This document shows, piece by piece, positions 1-11,063 of a stretch of DNA of 40,000 bases. The notes under the pieces are model-generated. The model searched no databases. It was given only the letters and a program-made list of their open reading frames with translations, and was not told the origin of the DNA. This DNA is from Lysobacterales bacterium. Lineage in GTDB: Bacteria; Pseudomonadota; Gammaproteobacteria; Xanthomonadales; SZUA-36. Every line of letters starts with the position of its first letter. The stretch's first letter is position 1. A program made the translations under genes and the position numbers. Where the stretch lies: the NCBI GenBank assembly GCA_013002505.1, contig JABDJL010000145.1, positions 1-40,000 of the forward strand, given 5' to 3'.

Positions 1-2222
<2,222 letters not shown>

Positions 2223-3233
2223 TTACTGGAGCTGGGTCAGTTTGACCCCGACGTAGAATAAATACAGCGCCAGGACCAGCGCGGCCTCACCACGCTGTAA
2301 TCCTTTTTTGCGCACGAATAACAACAGTACAACTGCGGTCAGAATGAACGCGAATGGCAGGTCGAACAGGATCAGTTCCCGGTCGAACAGGACCGGCGAA
2401 AGCAGCGCCGCTGCACTGATCGGAATCAAGGTATCGAATATGTTGCTGCCTATGATGTTGCCCACCGACAGGTGAACCCTCTTTCGCAGTATGGCCGCCA
2501 GGGAAATGGAGAGTTCCGGCAGGCTGGTGCCGAGGCCGATAATCAGTACCGATATCACGGCCTGGTTAATGTGCAACTCCTCGGCAATGCTGACCACTGA
2601 AGAAACCGTCAGCTCTGAACTGGCGATCACCAGAACCAGCCCCACGATCAGCTTCAGCCATGGCCGGTCCGGCTCATCACTGACGGTGACCTGGACTTCT
2701 TCGGGCACCTTTTCACGTGACAGCAGGACCACGAGGTAGATGATGTAGAACGTGATCAGTGTCAGCGCCTCGGCGCGCGAGACGAGACCGTCGACCGCCG
2801 CGAGAAACAGGAATACCGTTGATCCCAGCAACACGGCACCGTGCCGCACGATGTAACGCCTGGGCAAGGTCAGGTAACTGAGAAGACCGGCGACGCCGAG
2901 CACAAAGCCAATCTGTGCCACCACGCTGCCGACCGAAGAGCCCACCACCACGCCGGAAGCATCCTGGCCCATCAGCCCCTTCATCCCGGCATCGATGGCA
3001 ACCGCGATTTCCGGCAAGTCGCTGCCAATGGACAAAACGATCAGGCCGACGAAAAACTCTGACAGATGATGCTTTTTGGCGATGGCCAAAGCGCTGCCGA
3101 TGGTCAGCTCCGTGCCGATCAACAGGCCGGCTATCCCCAACACCAGGTATAAAAAATCCAATCCCGGCCTCGTCTGGAAAACGAATGATGCGGTAGCATA
3201 CCCGAAAACCAAATGCCCAGAAATGGCCTGCAC
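2223..3233 (-). CDS. Ca2+/Na+ antiporter, CaCA family (YrbG-like)
   Basis: 336-aa polytopic membrane protein with the two CaCA alpha-repeat signatures (GSDLPEIAVAI and GTSLPELSISL) plus GSNIFDTL. Confidence 0.8.
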   Translation of the reverse strand: MQAISGHLVFGYATASFVFQTRPGLDFLYLVLGIAGLLIGTELTIGSALAIAKKHHLSEFFVGLIVLSIGSDLPEIAVAIDAGMKGLMGQDASGVVVGSSVGSVVAQIGFVLGVAGLLSYLTLPRRYIVRHGAVLLGSTVFLFLAAVDGLVSRAEALTLITFYIIYLVVLLSREKVPEEVQVTVSDEPDRPWLKLIVGLVLVIASSELTVSSVVSIAEELHINQAVISVLIIGLGTSLPELSISLAAILRKRVHLSVGNIIGSNIFDTLIPISAAALLSPVLFDRELILFDLPFAFILTAVVLLLFVRKKGLQRGEAALVLALYLFYVGVKLTQLQ

Positions 3234-3302
3234 GCTTCAGTCACTGGCTCGGCTGGTTGTCAAGGTGCAACGCCCACGGCAGACTGAACGAGTGGAAATT
3301 CA

Positions 3303-4043
3303 ATGACGCGCCGAAATACGGAACAACCTGACGCCAGTTCGCTGGGTCACGAACCTGAAGACCGCTGGACCTTCGACGAATCCGTTACGCGCGTGTTCTC
3401 CGACATGCTGCAGAGGTCCATACCCCAGTACGATGAAATGCGGCACCTTGTTTTCGACCTGGGCCGCCGCTTCGTGCAAAGCGGTACCGATATCGTTGAC
3501 CTGGGTTGTTCCCGGGGCGACGCGCTGGCTCCTTTTATCGGCCGCTTTGGCGATCAATGCCGTTACATCGGGCTCGAAATGTCTCAACCAATGCTCAGCG
3601 CAGCGCGTTCCCGCTTCGCCGGCCAAATTGAACAAGGTATTGTATCCATTCTGGAGCACGACCTTCGCCAGTCATATCCTGACGTTCAGGCGAGCCTGAC
3701 ACTGTGCATTTTAACGTTGCAGTTCACACCGCCCGGGGAGCGCGCCCGCATACTGAGTGACGTGCGACGTTCAACCTTCAGCAATGGCGCTTTGATCCTC
3801 GTCGAAAAAGTGCTCGGAGAGTCAGATGGCATTGACCAGGTGATGGTTGAGATTTACCACGAGATGAAAACCCGGCACGGCTACAGCAAGGAAGAAGTAG
3901 ACCGCAAACGCCTGGCTCTTGAGGGCGTGCTGGTACCGCAAACGGCGGAGCATAACCGCACCCTGTTGAAACAGGCAGGCTTTAGCCAGGTGGACAGTTT
4001 CTGGCGCTGGATGAATTTTTCCGCCTGGATTGCCTGTCCCTGA
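3303..4043 (+). CDS. cmoA: CmoA-like class I SAM-dependent methyltransferase (carboxy-SAM synthase family)
   Basis: The N-terminal block WTFDESVTRVFSDMLQRSIPQYDEM...VDLGCSRGD parallels E. coli CmoA ([22 protein letters not shown]...YDLGCSLG). The C-terminal HGYSKEEVDRKRLALEGVL block parallels NGYSELEISQKRSMLENVM. No cmoB is adjacent. Confidence 0.7.
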   Translation: MTRRNTEQPDASSLGHEPEDRWTFDESVTRVFSDMLQRSIPQYDEMRHLVFDLGRRFVQSGTDIVDLGCSRGDALAPFIGRFGDQCRYIGLEMSQPMLSAARSRFAGQIEQGIVSILEHDLRQSYPDVQASLTLCILTLQFTPPGERARILSDVRRSTFSNGALILVEKVLGESDGIDQVMVEIYHEMKTRHGYSKEEVDRKRLALEGVLVPQTAEHNRTLLKQAGFSQVDSFWRWMNFSAWIACP

Positions 4044-4062
4044 GCAAAACAACCATAAGCCC

Positions 4063-4926
4063 ATGAATAAGAACAACATGTTAAATGCTCGCGCAAACAA
4101 AACCTGGCCCCTGCTGCTGCCAATCATGCTCGGATGTTTGTTGATTCAAACCGCAGCAGCCGGCCATTTCGCCATGATCGATGGCAACCCGGGGCTGCGT
4201 TCCGAGTCCGCCCTGGTCGTGGACGCCGAAGGTTCCGTCATTTACGGAAAAAACCCGGAAACCATTATGCCCATTGCTTCGATCACCAAGCTGATGACGG
4301 CGATGGTAATTATTGACTGGGGACTGGACCTCGAGGACAAAGTGACTGTAACCAGGCAAGACCGCGACCTGATACAACTGACCGGTTCGCGACTCGAGTA
4401 CGGTGCCAGCCTGAGCCGCCGACAGATGATCATGCTGGCCGTTATGGCCTCGGAAAACCGCGCCGCCACGGTGCTGGGACGAACAGTACCCGGGGGCATG
4501 GCCGCATTTGTCACCCGTATGAATGAAAAGGCTGCAGCGCTGGGCATGGAAGACAGCCACTTTGCCGATCCGGCGGGTCTCAGTGTCGAAAACCGTTCGA
4601 CAGCCCGCGACCTCGTCAGAATGACCCAGGCTGCCTACGACTATCCGCTGATCCGCAAAGCCAGCACCACGCAGCGTCTTGAAGTGCGGCCTTATGCGCG
4701 CCGCGGGCCGCTGGTATACGGCAATACCAATCGCCTGCTCAAGAACAGTAAATGGGACATATCGGTAAGCAAAACCGGCTACATCATGGAAGCCGGACGC
4801 TGCCTGGTGATGCAGGCGATGATAGACGGCGAATCCGTCTTCATCGTGTTGCTCAATTCCTACGGCAAGCTGACACCGTTCGGCGACTCGAACCGCCTGA
4901 TGAACTGGATGCTGGACGGCAGCTAG
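4063..4926 (+). CDS. pbpG: D-alanyl-D-alanine endopeptidase/carboxypeptidase (class C low-MW PBP, PBP7-like)
   Basis: Signal-like N-terminus (MNKNN...LLIQTAAAG) and active-site SxxK as ASITKLMTAMV; size and layout match peptidase S11. I start at ATG 4063 rather than 4030, because 4030 overlaps the cmoA end and precedes the signal peptide. Confidence 0.8.
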   Translation: MNKNNMLNARANKTWPLLLPIMLGCLLIQTAAAGHFAMIDGNPGLRSESALVVDAEGSVIYGKNPETIMPIASITKLMTAMVIIDWGLDLEDKVTVTRQDRDLIQLTGSRLEYGASLSRRQMIMLAVMASENRAATVLGRTVPGGMAAFVTRMNEKAAALGMEDSHFADPAGLSVENRSTARDLVRMTQAAYDYPLIRKASTTQRLEVRPYARRGPLVYGNTNRLLKNSKWDISVSKTGYIMEAGRCLVMQAMIDGESVFIVLLNSYGKLTPFGDSNRLMNWMLDGS

Positions 4927-5026
4927 AGACCCCCCCGTTCAGGTGATGGAAGAATGCTCCAGCTCACAAGCCACCCATTTCGGGTGGACAGAATGTCCGC
5001 ATTGACAGCCGAAGCCGGCCAGGGCC

Positions 5027-5221
5027 TCAATCGATAGAACAGCTCATGTCCTGCCCGCAGCACATCGGCGACTTGATTTTGCCGTGGCCATTGGGGCATT
5101 TTGAAATCTGAACATCGTTTCCGTTGTCCAGTGTCAATGAGTCATTTTCCAGTGGCGCATCGCATTGACCGCATGTGGCATTGACGCTCATACCGCATTT
5201 TTCACATTCATAAGTTGCCAT
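5027..5221 (-). CDS. Small Cys-rich protein, putative metal-binding (zinc-ribbon-like N-terminus)
   Basis: 64 aa with 10 Cys: CEKC-x8-CGQC, then CPNGHGKIKSPMCCGQDMSC. A GGAG Shine-Dalgarno sits ~7 nt upstream of the ATG (cggagatcaacATG on the minus strand). Confidence 0.6.
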   Translation of the reverse strand: MATYECEKCGMSVNATCGQCDAPLENDSLTLDNGNDVQISKCPNGHGKIKSPMCCGQDMSCSID

Positions 5222-5323
5222 GTTGATCTCCGAATTGGACTTCTAGATGGGTGGGCGTTGGTTGCGCTCTAGATTATCATCGCCGCCGCCCGACTGATAC
5301 CAGGCCAGGCTCAGGCGGCTGCT

Positions 5324-5890
5324 TCACAACCCTTCGGTGATGCGGGTCGCTTCGATAAATCCTACACCTTCAAACCAGGTTTCCCCGCCGTCGTAACTGC
5401 GGTCCTTGCGCCAGCGCCAGCTGTTCTCGGAAATCTCGTAAAAAGTATTTCGATCGACAAAACTTCCACGCGCATCAGTGCCTTCACCGCCGATCATAAC
5501 CATCGTGTCACCGGCCTGCTCGGATTCAAAGTATTTCCACTGCAGGCTGTACTGCGGCAGCCAGCGATTGTCCCACTTGCCCGTCTGCGGGTTGAATGAA
5601 CGAATGTTAAAACCGTGAAATGGCCTTCCATTGGGCAGTGTGCTGCGCCAGTCATCCTTGATCGCCCAGCCGTCCAGCGTGTAATGGCCCGTCCAGGTTG
5701 CCTGGCCCTCGTTGAATGTTCCGTCAGGGCCCATGAACCGGGTTTGACACTGCCATTTTCCGATGATGAAGGCGTACTGGCCCAGCTCTTGCGGGGCATC
5801 AGGACTGGCTTGTCCAAATTCATCCGCCATGGCGCAGCTGCTGACAAACAGCGCGAGTATCAGTTTTAGAAATATCGCCTGGTGTGACAT
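5324..5890 (-). CDS. Secreted hypothetical protein (DUF1579-like fold guess), paralog of 6887..7456
   Basis: Signal peptide MSHQAIFLKLILALFVSSCAMA, with GGGAGA SD 6 nt upstream of ATG 5890. It shares IGKW / FNPQTGKWDNRW / W.W..D...GG.TW motifs with the 6887..7456 product. Confidence 0.7.
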   Translation of the reverse strand: MSHQAIFLKLILALFVSSCAMADEFGQASPDAPQELGQYAFIIGKWQCQTRFMGPDGTFNEGQATWTGHYTLDGWAIKDDWRSTLPNGRPFHGFNIRSFNPQTGKWDNRWLPQYSLQWKYFESEQAGDTMVMIGGEGTDARGSFVDRNTFYEISENSWRWRKDRSYDGGETWFEGVGFIEATRITEGL

Positions 5891-6015
5891 CAGCTTCTCC
5901 CGTCGGGCTTGTCTATAACCTGATGCTAGTGGTTTACCGCCAGGCAAAGAAACGATTCGGCGTGAATTCAGGGCTGTTCCTCTGGTTGGTGCAGTTCCGT
6001 GATGCTCTCGCCGGT

Positions 6016-6471
6016 TCAGTCCGGGTGATTTGCAAAGTCAGCTTTGCTCATCCGGTGTTGGAACAGGCGTGCAGGCAAAGGCCCAAGATCCGGCGGAACC
6101 CAGGTCGAACGCGACTCTTTTGACCAGAGGCAAGCGTGGCTGTAATAAGGGGACAGCGCGGCGAGCGCATTCTTCAGCACCGGCGGCCTACTTTGCAGGT
6201 ATTCCGTGCATGAATTTGCCGGGGCATTGAGCCGGTCTGCTGCGATCAGATGCATCAGAGCACGGGTCAGCGTGACGTGAAATTTATCGCCCGCGCCTGC
6301 CCGCTCTGCAAGGTCCCGGGCGCCAATCGAGAACAGGTGAACTGCGTGATCAAATGAATGAGACTCCAGCAGGGACCAGCCCACCGCGACATGTTCGCGA
6401 TGCCCAAAATCGAGCGCCTCAAGTTGCCCGCCCAGAAACGCTTTCAACAACTGCTCGTGGTCCATTATCAA
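6016..6471 (-). CDS. Hypothetical protein (151 aa), translationally coupled to the upstream RHH-like gene
   Basis: ORF whose ATG overlaps the stop of 6468..6719 (ATGA). No motif I can assign; His-rich helical N-terminal half (FGHREHVAVGW..., KFHVTLTRALMHLIA). Confidence 0.6.
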   Translation of the reverse strand: MIMDHEQLLKAFLGGQLEALDFGHREHVAVGWSLLESHSFDHAVHLFSIGARDLAERAGAGDKFHVTLTRALMHLIAADRLNAPANSCTEYLQSRPPVLKNALAALSPYYSHACLWSKESRSTWVPPDLGPLPARLFQHRMSKADFANHPD

Positions 6472-6719
6472 TCCTGCAATTGATGCGCATGGGAACTGTC
6501 GAGATCCAGCCCGTAGACCGCTCTGAGCCCGGAAATGACGTTCAGAATATCCTTTTTGCCGGCAAACGCTGACTTGCCGTCCAATTCGTTCAGCAGGATT
6601 CCTTCGAGCAGTTCGGTCATCGAAATATCGAAATACTCTGCCAGGCCCTTTAAAACCTTGAGCAGCCTCTTTTCAAGCCGCACACCGGTCTGCACACGTT
6701 CAACTTTCAATTTCTTCAT
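6468..6719 (-). CDS. Small putative DNA-binding protein (ribbon-helix-helix-like N-terminus)
   Basis: 83 aa. The N-terminus KVERVQTGVRLEKRLLKVLKGLAEYFDISMTELLEGIL fits a beta-strand/helix/helix (Arc/CopG-like) pattern. It is preceded by an extremely AT-rich promoter-like tract. The SD is weak or absent. Confidence 0.55.
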   Translation of the reverse strand: MKKLKVERVQTGVRLEKRLLKVLKGLAEYFDISMTELLEGILLNELDGKSAFAGKKDILNVISGLRAVYGLDLDSSHAHQLQD

Positions 6720-6886
6720 ATTTTGTTACCATATTATATATATATTATTATATCATTGTAGTTTAAAAACGCCAGGGTTCTTCCTTGTCAGTTTGACCGC
6801 ATAAGTAAGCTGTTCGTCGCCCTGTGACTTGCCTGCAATGGCCTGGCGGGCATACAGTGCGACTGACATCAGCGGGGACACCCATC

Positions 6887-7456
6887 ATGAAACCAACAAT
6901 CCAGCTCCTGACCTTTATTGCCCTGGCAGGCGGTTTTTCGTTTGCGACCCTGGCCCAGGAGAGTTCGCCGCCTGCACCGCCTCCGCCGTTTTGTGAAAAC
7001 AATCCGGGATTCAACGATTTCGATTTCTGGGTCGGTGAATGGAATGTCTATTCGAATGACGAAAATCGTATTTTTGCCGGCACCAATTCCATCACCAAGC
7101 ATTACAACAACTGCCTGATCAAGGAACAGTGGGAAGGAGCCAACGGCGGCGGATTTTCAATCAATTTCTATAACCCGGTACGCGGACAGTGGCGCCAGGT
7201 CTGGGTTGCCAACGGATACTCGATTGATTATGCAGGCGGACTAAACGACGAAGGCGCGATGGTCATGAAGGGCGAAATCGACGGCTACCAGACCAACACC
7301 AAGACCAAATTCAGGGGCAAGTGGACAGCCGAAGACAATGGCGACGTGATTCAGCGATTTGAAACATACGACGCCGCGAACGATGCCTGGAACCTGTGGT
7401 TCGAGGGACGGTATGTACGCAAGGAAACGGATCCCAACCCACCCGCTTCAAATTGA
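6887..7456 (+). CDS. Secreted hypothetical protein, paralog of 5324..5890
   Basis: Signal peptide MKPTIQLLTFIALAGGFSFATLAQ. It shares WVGEW / FYNPVRGQWRQVW / AWNLWFEG motifs with the 5324..5890 product. Start taken at ATG 6887. Confidence 0.7.
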   Translation: MKPTIQLLTFIALAGGFSFATLAQESSPPAPPPPFCENNPGFNDFDFWVGEWNVYSNDENRIFAGTNSITKHYNNCLIKEQWEGANGGGFSINFYNPVRGQWRQVWVANGYSIDYAGGLNDEGAMVMKGEIDGYQTNTKTKFRGKWTAEDNGDVIQRFETYDAANDAWNLWFEGRYVRKETDPNPPASN

Positions 7457-7617
7457 TTGCAGGCGTCCACCACCGTTCAGAAAAATGAAAAGCAGTTGGG
7501 AACGCCGGCGCCCAGCCCCCTCTCTGGACTAAAAACGCGCAGCGCTCGAGGGCACGCAGGTTTCCGGTTGCCACTTTTCCGTGTACCTTAGCGGGCGTGG
7601 TTACCACCCGTCATTCC

Positions 7618-9321
7618 ATGAATCCAGCCCGTTGGCGGCGCGCCGTCTTCATCATTCTGAGTACCTGCCTGCTGGTGCGCGTGCTGCATCTTGCCGCGGC
7701 CGTAAACAGTCCATTCCTTTATCACCCGGGCCCGGACGAAGACTATTACCTGCGCTTCGGAATGTGGGTGGCAGGGCTTGCTTCGGGCGACCCCGCCGAA
7801 TTCGCGTTCATGGATCCGGCCTACGGATACTTGCTGGGCGGCATTTTCAAAATGCTGGGTCCGGGCAAGCCCGTGGTGCTCGCCCTGCAGGCGGTGCTCG
7901 ATACCACGACATGCCTGCTGATTGCACTGGCTGGCAGGGAACTGGGCCGGCCGCGCGCCGGGCTCATGGGCGCAACCCTGTACGCCCTGACCGCGACGGC
8001 CGTGATGTACAGCGCAACATTCCTCAAGGCCACTTGGGTCGCCAATGCCCTGATGCTATGGGTGTTCATCGGCCTGGTCCTGGTGCGGCAGCGACACGCC
8101 TGGCCGTGGCTGCTGTTTGGCGTTTATTGCGGATACTGTGTAGCCCTGCGGGGCAATTTGTCATTGCTGCTGCCCGCCGCAATTGTGCTCTTGCCTTGGG
8201 TCCAGTCAGCCCAGGAACAGCGGCGCCGAAGCATCGTTTTGCAGCGACTGGGCTTGCTGATGGCCGGTATGGCACTGCCATTGATGGCGCTGGCCTGGCG
8301 CAATGCCGATTTGTCTGGAAAGGTTTCTCCGCTGCCAAATAACGGCGGCACTGTTCTGCACCAGGTGTACAACGCGGATAACCCGCGCGCCGAGAGCTGG
8401 TATCCGCCTTTTGCCGCTTATTCGAATCCGACCGATATTGTCAGTGGCTATGCTGCCGAGGCCGAACGCAGGACTGGTTCGGACCTTACTGCCGGACAGG
8501 TGGACGCCTATTGGCGAAACGAGGCTTTCGAGTACATCAGGTCCAATCCATCGACTGTGGCCACCTCGATCGCCCGCAAAACATTAGAGTTTGCATCGCA
8601 CGAGGAAGTCGCCAACAATCGGTCGCTGGCCGAGGAAAGGCTTTTCTCGCCGGTGTTAAGAACCCTGCCGTCGCCGTTCGGCTGGCTATTTGCGCTTGGG
8701 ATACCCGGCCTGATCCTGCTGGCCTGGCATGACCGGCGCGGCTGGCTGATCATTGCGCCCCTGCTGGTGGTCATCGCCACGTTTTCGGTGTTCTTCGCCG
8801 AGGCCCGCTTCCGATTCCACGCGGTGCCACTGCTGGCGCTCGGCGGTGGCCTGCTGCTTGACCAGTTATGGGGATTCATGCGTGCAGCACGGCACAAGAG
8901 TCTGGCAGGCACCTTCGCCATGGTGCTGGTTTTTGCAGCCGTATCCGCCTGGGCAACGAGACAGGTTCCTCAAACCGGCATCAGTTGGGACGCCATTGCC
9001 TGGGGTTATTTCAAGATGGGCGACCTGATCGCGGCAGAGCAAGTACTGGAAACACCGCACCCGGGCATGGATATCACCGACAAGTGGGAAGAGGCGCTGG
9101 GCTTGCTGCACTGGAGCCAGGGCAATTTCGAAGCGGCGGCAAGGCATTACCGGAATGCCACCGAGCTGAATCCGGTTTCCCATGTTGCCCACTACAACCT
9201 CGCCCTGGCGCTGCAGCGAACCGGCGATATCAACGGCGCCAGGCGCCACGCGGCCCTGGCGGTTAGTATTGCGGGACTGCCTGAATACGTGGCGCTGCAG
9301 AAATCGCTGGGCCAGCCCTGA
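7618..9321 (+). CDS. GT-C fold membrane glycosyltransferase (ArnT/PMT, GT39/GT83-like) with C-terminal TPR repeats
   Basis: Polytopic N-terminal ~430 aa with an early D-E-D-Y-Y loop (PGPDEDYYLRFG) after TM1, as in ArnT/PMT enzymes. The C-terminal ~120 aa have TPR-like repeats (AARHYRNATELNP..., HYNLALALQRTGDINGARRHAALAV). The overlapping 7581..8342 ORF is an Arg/Ala/Gly-rich alternative frame. Confidence 0.65.
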   Translation: MNPARWRRAVFIILSTCLLVRVLHLAAAVNSPFLYHPGPDEDYYLRFGMWVAGLASGDPAEFAFMDPAYGYLLGGIFKMLGPGKPVVLALQAVLDTTTCLLIALAGRELGRPRAGLMGATLYALTATAVMYSATFLKATWVANALMLWVFIGLVLVRQRHAWPWLLFGVYCGYCVALRGNLSLLLPAAIVLLPWVQSAQEQRRRSIVLQRLGLLMAGMALPLMALAWRNADLSGKVSPLPNNGGTVLHQVYNADNPRAESWYPPFAAYSNPTDIVSGYAAEAERRTGSDLTAGQVDAYWRNEAFEYIRSNPSTVATSIARKTLEFASHEEVANNRSLAEERLFSPVLRTLPSPFGWLFALGIPGLILLAWHDRRGWLIIAPLLVVIATFSVFFAEARFRFHAVPLLALGGGLLLDQLWGFMRAARHKSLAGTFAMVLVFAAVSAWATRQVPQTGISWDAIAWGYFKMGDLIAAEQVLETPHPGMDITDKWEEALGLLHWSQGNFEAAARHYRNATELNPVSHVAHYNLALALQRTGDINGARRHAALAVSIAGLPEYVALQKSLGQP

Positions 9322-9428
9322 ACTATTTTCCTGCACGGTATCGATGCAATGTCCATCATGACGGGCAGTGCTAAGCTGCGCGTCTAAATCCCGTAGAATC
9401 ACGGTACTTTGGTAGCCAGGAGCCTCCG

Positions 9429-10322
9429 GTGCAACAATTTCTTGTGGTCGTGATGATGCTTGGACTTACGCCGGCGGTGGCCCAATCACAGTGTCCGCCC
9501 GAAGGTTTTTCGCACACAGCGCTGATTGAGCTGAAGCAGGAAGATTTTCAAATCGAGTCTGACGAGGCCCGCAACGATCTCGCGGTAAAACTGCTTGAAT
9601 GCACCGCGCATCCCGATCCTGCAATTCGCGATGGCGTGGCATACGGCGGCCTCTCCACCTGGCTGCGTGCCGACCTGTTGTCAGGAATCACGGTTCAGCA
9701 CCTGGTTGATCGACTGTTGCATCAGCTTCGTGGCACACCCGATACCAACGGTTTCAAACAGCCATTCGCCGCCCTGGTGCTTTCGGAGGTAGTCAGAACA
9801 GACCGGGTGACGCCCGCCTTCACCCCGGAAACACGCCAGGAACTGGTAGAGGCTGCCAGCTTCTACCTGGAGTCTGTTGAAGACTACCGGGGCTTTTCCG
9901 ATCGCGAAGGCTGGCGCCATGGTGTTGCGCACGGAGCCGACCTGGTATTGCAGCTGGTGCTGAATCCGGCCATCGATGAATCGCAGACCACCCGGTTGCT
10001 GGAAGCCGTTCGACAACAGGTCGCACCCGAAAACGAGGTTTTCTACGTGTACGGCGAACCTTCACGACTGGCGCGGCCGGTTTTTTATGCCCACCAACGG
10101 CAGCTCCTGGATCGGGACTGGTGGGTCGCCTGGCTGGACCGCGTAACCGAAGCGACGCCGCTGGAAACCTGGCAGCAGGCGTGGTCGAGCAATGCCGGGC
10201 TGGCCAAGCGTCACAATACGCTCGCTTTCCTGGTGGCACTGCACTTCAATGCCGTGAATAGCGGCAACGAAGCTGGCCAGGAACTGGCGGACTTGATTCT
10301 GGAAGCCATCAAACACATCTGA
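9429..10322 (+). CDS. Exported DUF2785-like protein
   Basis: GTG start and signal peptide (LGLTPAVAQS). The helical-repeat protein carries a GWRHGVAHGADLVLQL block that I associate with DUF2785. Confidence 0.6.
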   Translation: MQQFLVVVMMLGLTPAVAQSQCPPEGFSHTALIELKQEDFQIESDEARNDLAVKLLECTAHPDPAIRDGVAYGGLSTWLRADLLSGITVQHLVDRLLHQLRGTPDTNGFKQPFAALVLSEVVRTDRVTPAFTPETRQELVEAASFYLESVEDYRGFSDREGWRHGVAHGADLVLQLVLNPAIDESQTTRLLEAVRQQVAPENEVFYVYGEPSRLARPVFYAHQRQLLDRDWWVAWLDRVTEATPLETWQQAWSSNAGLAKRHNTLAFLVALHFNAVNSGNEAGQELADLILEAIKHI

Positions 10323-10405
10323 CTAAATCAATCGGCAGTGTTGTCAGGTTTAGCAAAATGAAGTCAGGTCAGGAAGAAAATCAAGGAAGAAACAAGGGCT
10401 AGCCC

Positions 10406-11029
10406 ATGAACATGAACCCAACGAATTTTAGATCATTGCTCAGGTCGACCTTGTTGGAAGGCGGCGTACTTTTTCTCGGCGCGGTGCTGGTGCCACTGGT
10501 GGTCATCAGTGACCGCGAGGTGTTCATGCATGGCTTGTCCGAGCATTCCGTCACCGAATTCCTGCAAGCAATTTTGGTTCTATTGTCAGCTTCGGTTTTC
10601 TGGATGCGTTCGGCCCAACTGCCTGAATATCGAAGCTGGCTGCAATGCATGGGCGGGTTCTTCACCATCGTCCTGATCCGCGAAATGGATTTTTACCTGG
10701 ATTATGTCTACCACGGGTTCTGGTCCTTGGTCGCCAGCCTGTTTCTGGTGTTTGTTGTGGTGCTGGCCTTGCGTTCACGCGGTACATTCAAAAATGGCCT
10801 CGCGCACTTTATTTCCAGTAACTCAACACCTTACTTCATGTCAGGGGTGATCATTGTAATCGTATTCAGCCGAATTTTCGGGTCCGGGGATTTCCTGCAG
10901 TCCATCATGCAGGACCAGTACAGTGCTGCCATCAAGACCTATATTCAGGAGGGGCTCGAGTTACTCGGCTATTTCCTGGTGACCGTGGGCGCGGTTAAAT
11001 TTGCGCTCATGACCCGCAGCAAAAAATGA
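10406..11029 (+). CDS. Hypothetical integral membrane protein
   Basis: 207 aa with ~6 hydrophobic segments. No assignable motif. Confidence 0.55.
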   Translation: MNMNPTNFRSLLRSTLLEGGVLFLGAVLVPLVVISDREVFMHGLSEHSVTEFLQAILVLLSASVFWMRSAQLPEYRSWLQCMGGFFTIVLIREMDFYLDYVYHGFWSLVASLFLVFVVVLALRSRGTFKNGLAHFISSNSTPYFMSGVIIVIVFSRIFGSGDFLQSIMQDQYSAAIKTYIQEGLELLGYFLVTVGAVKFALMTRSKK

Positions 11030-11063
11030 TCCTGGCCGGCTCCGGCCCGGGCAGTCGCCCGTT

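Noticed and set aside
3303-4043. cmoA-like gene without an adjacent cmoB
   Set aside because: The lack of the E. coli-type cmoA-cmoB adjacency is noticeable. But cmoB may simply be elsewhere in the genome, and I cannot verify the Cx-SAM-specific residues by eye, so this is not enough to claim a new function.
4971-4987. Short hairpin CCACCC-atttc-GGGTGG between convergent pbpG and the Cys-rich gene as a terminator
   Set aside because: It has only a 6-bp stem and no U tract on either strand, so it is too weak to call.
7581-8342. 253-aa ORF overlapping the start of the GT-C/TPR gene
   Set aside because: Its Arg/Ala/Gly/Pro-rich low-complexity translation is an alternative frame of the hydrophobic GT-C N-terminus, and it has no SD or motif support.
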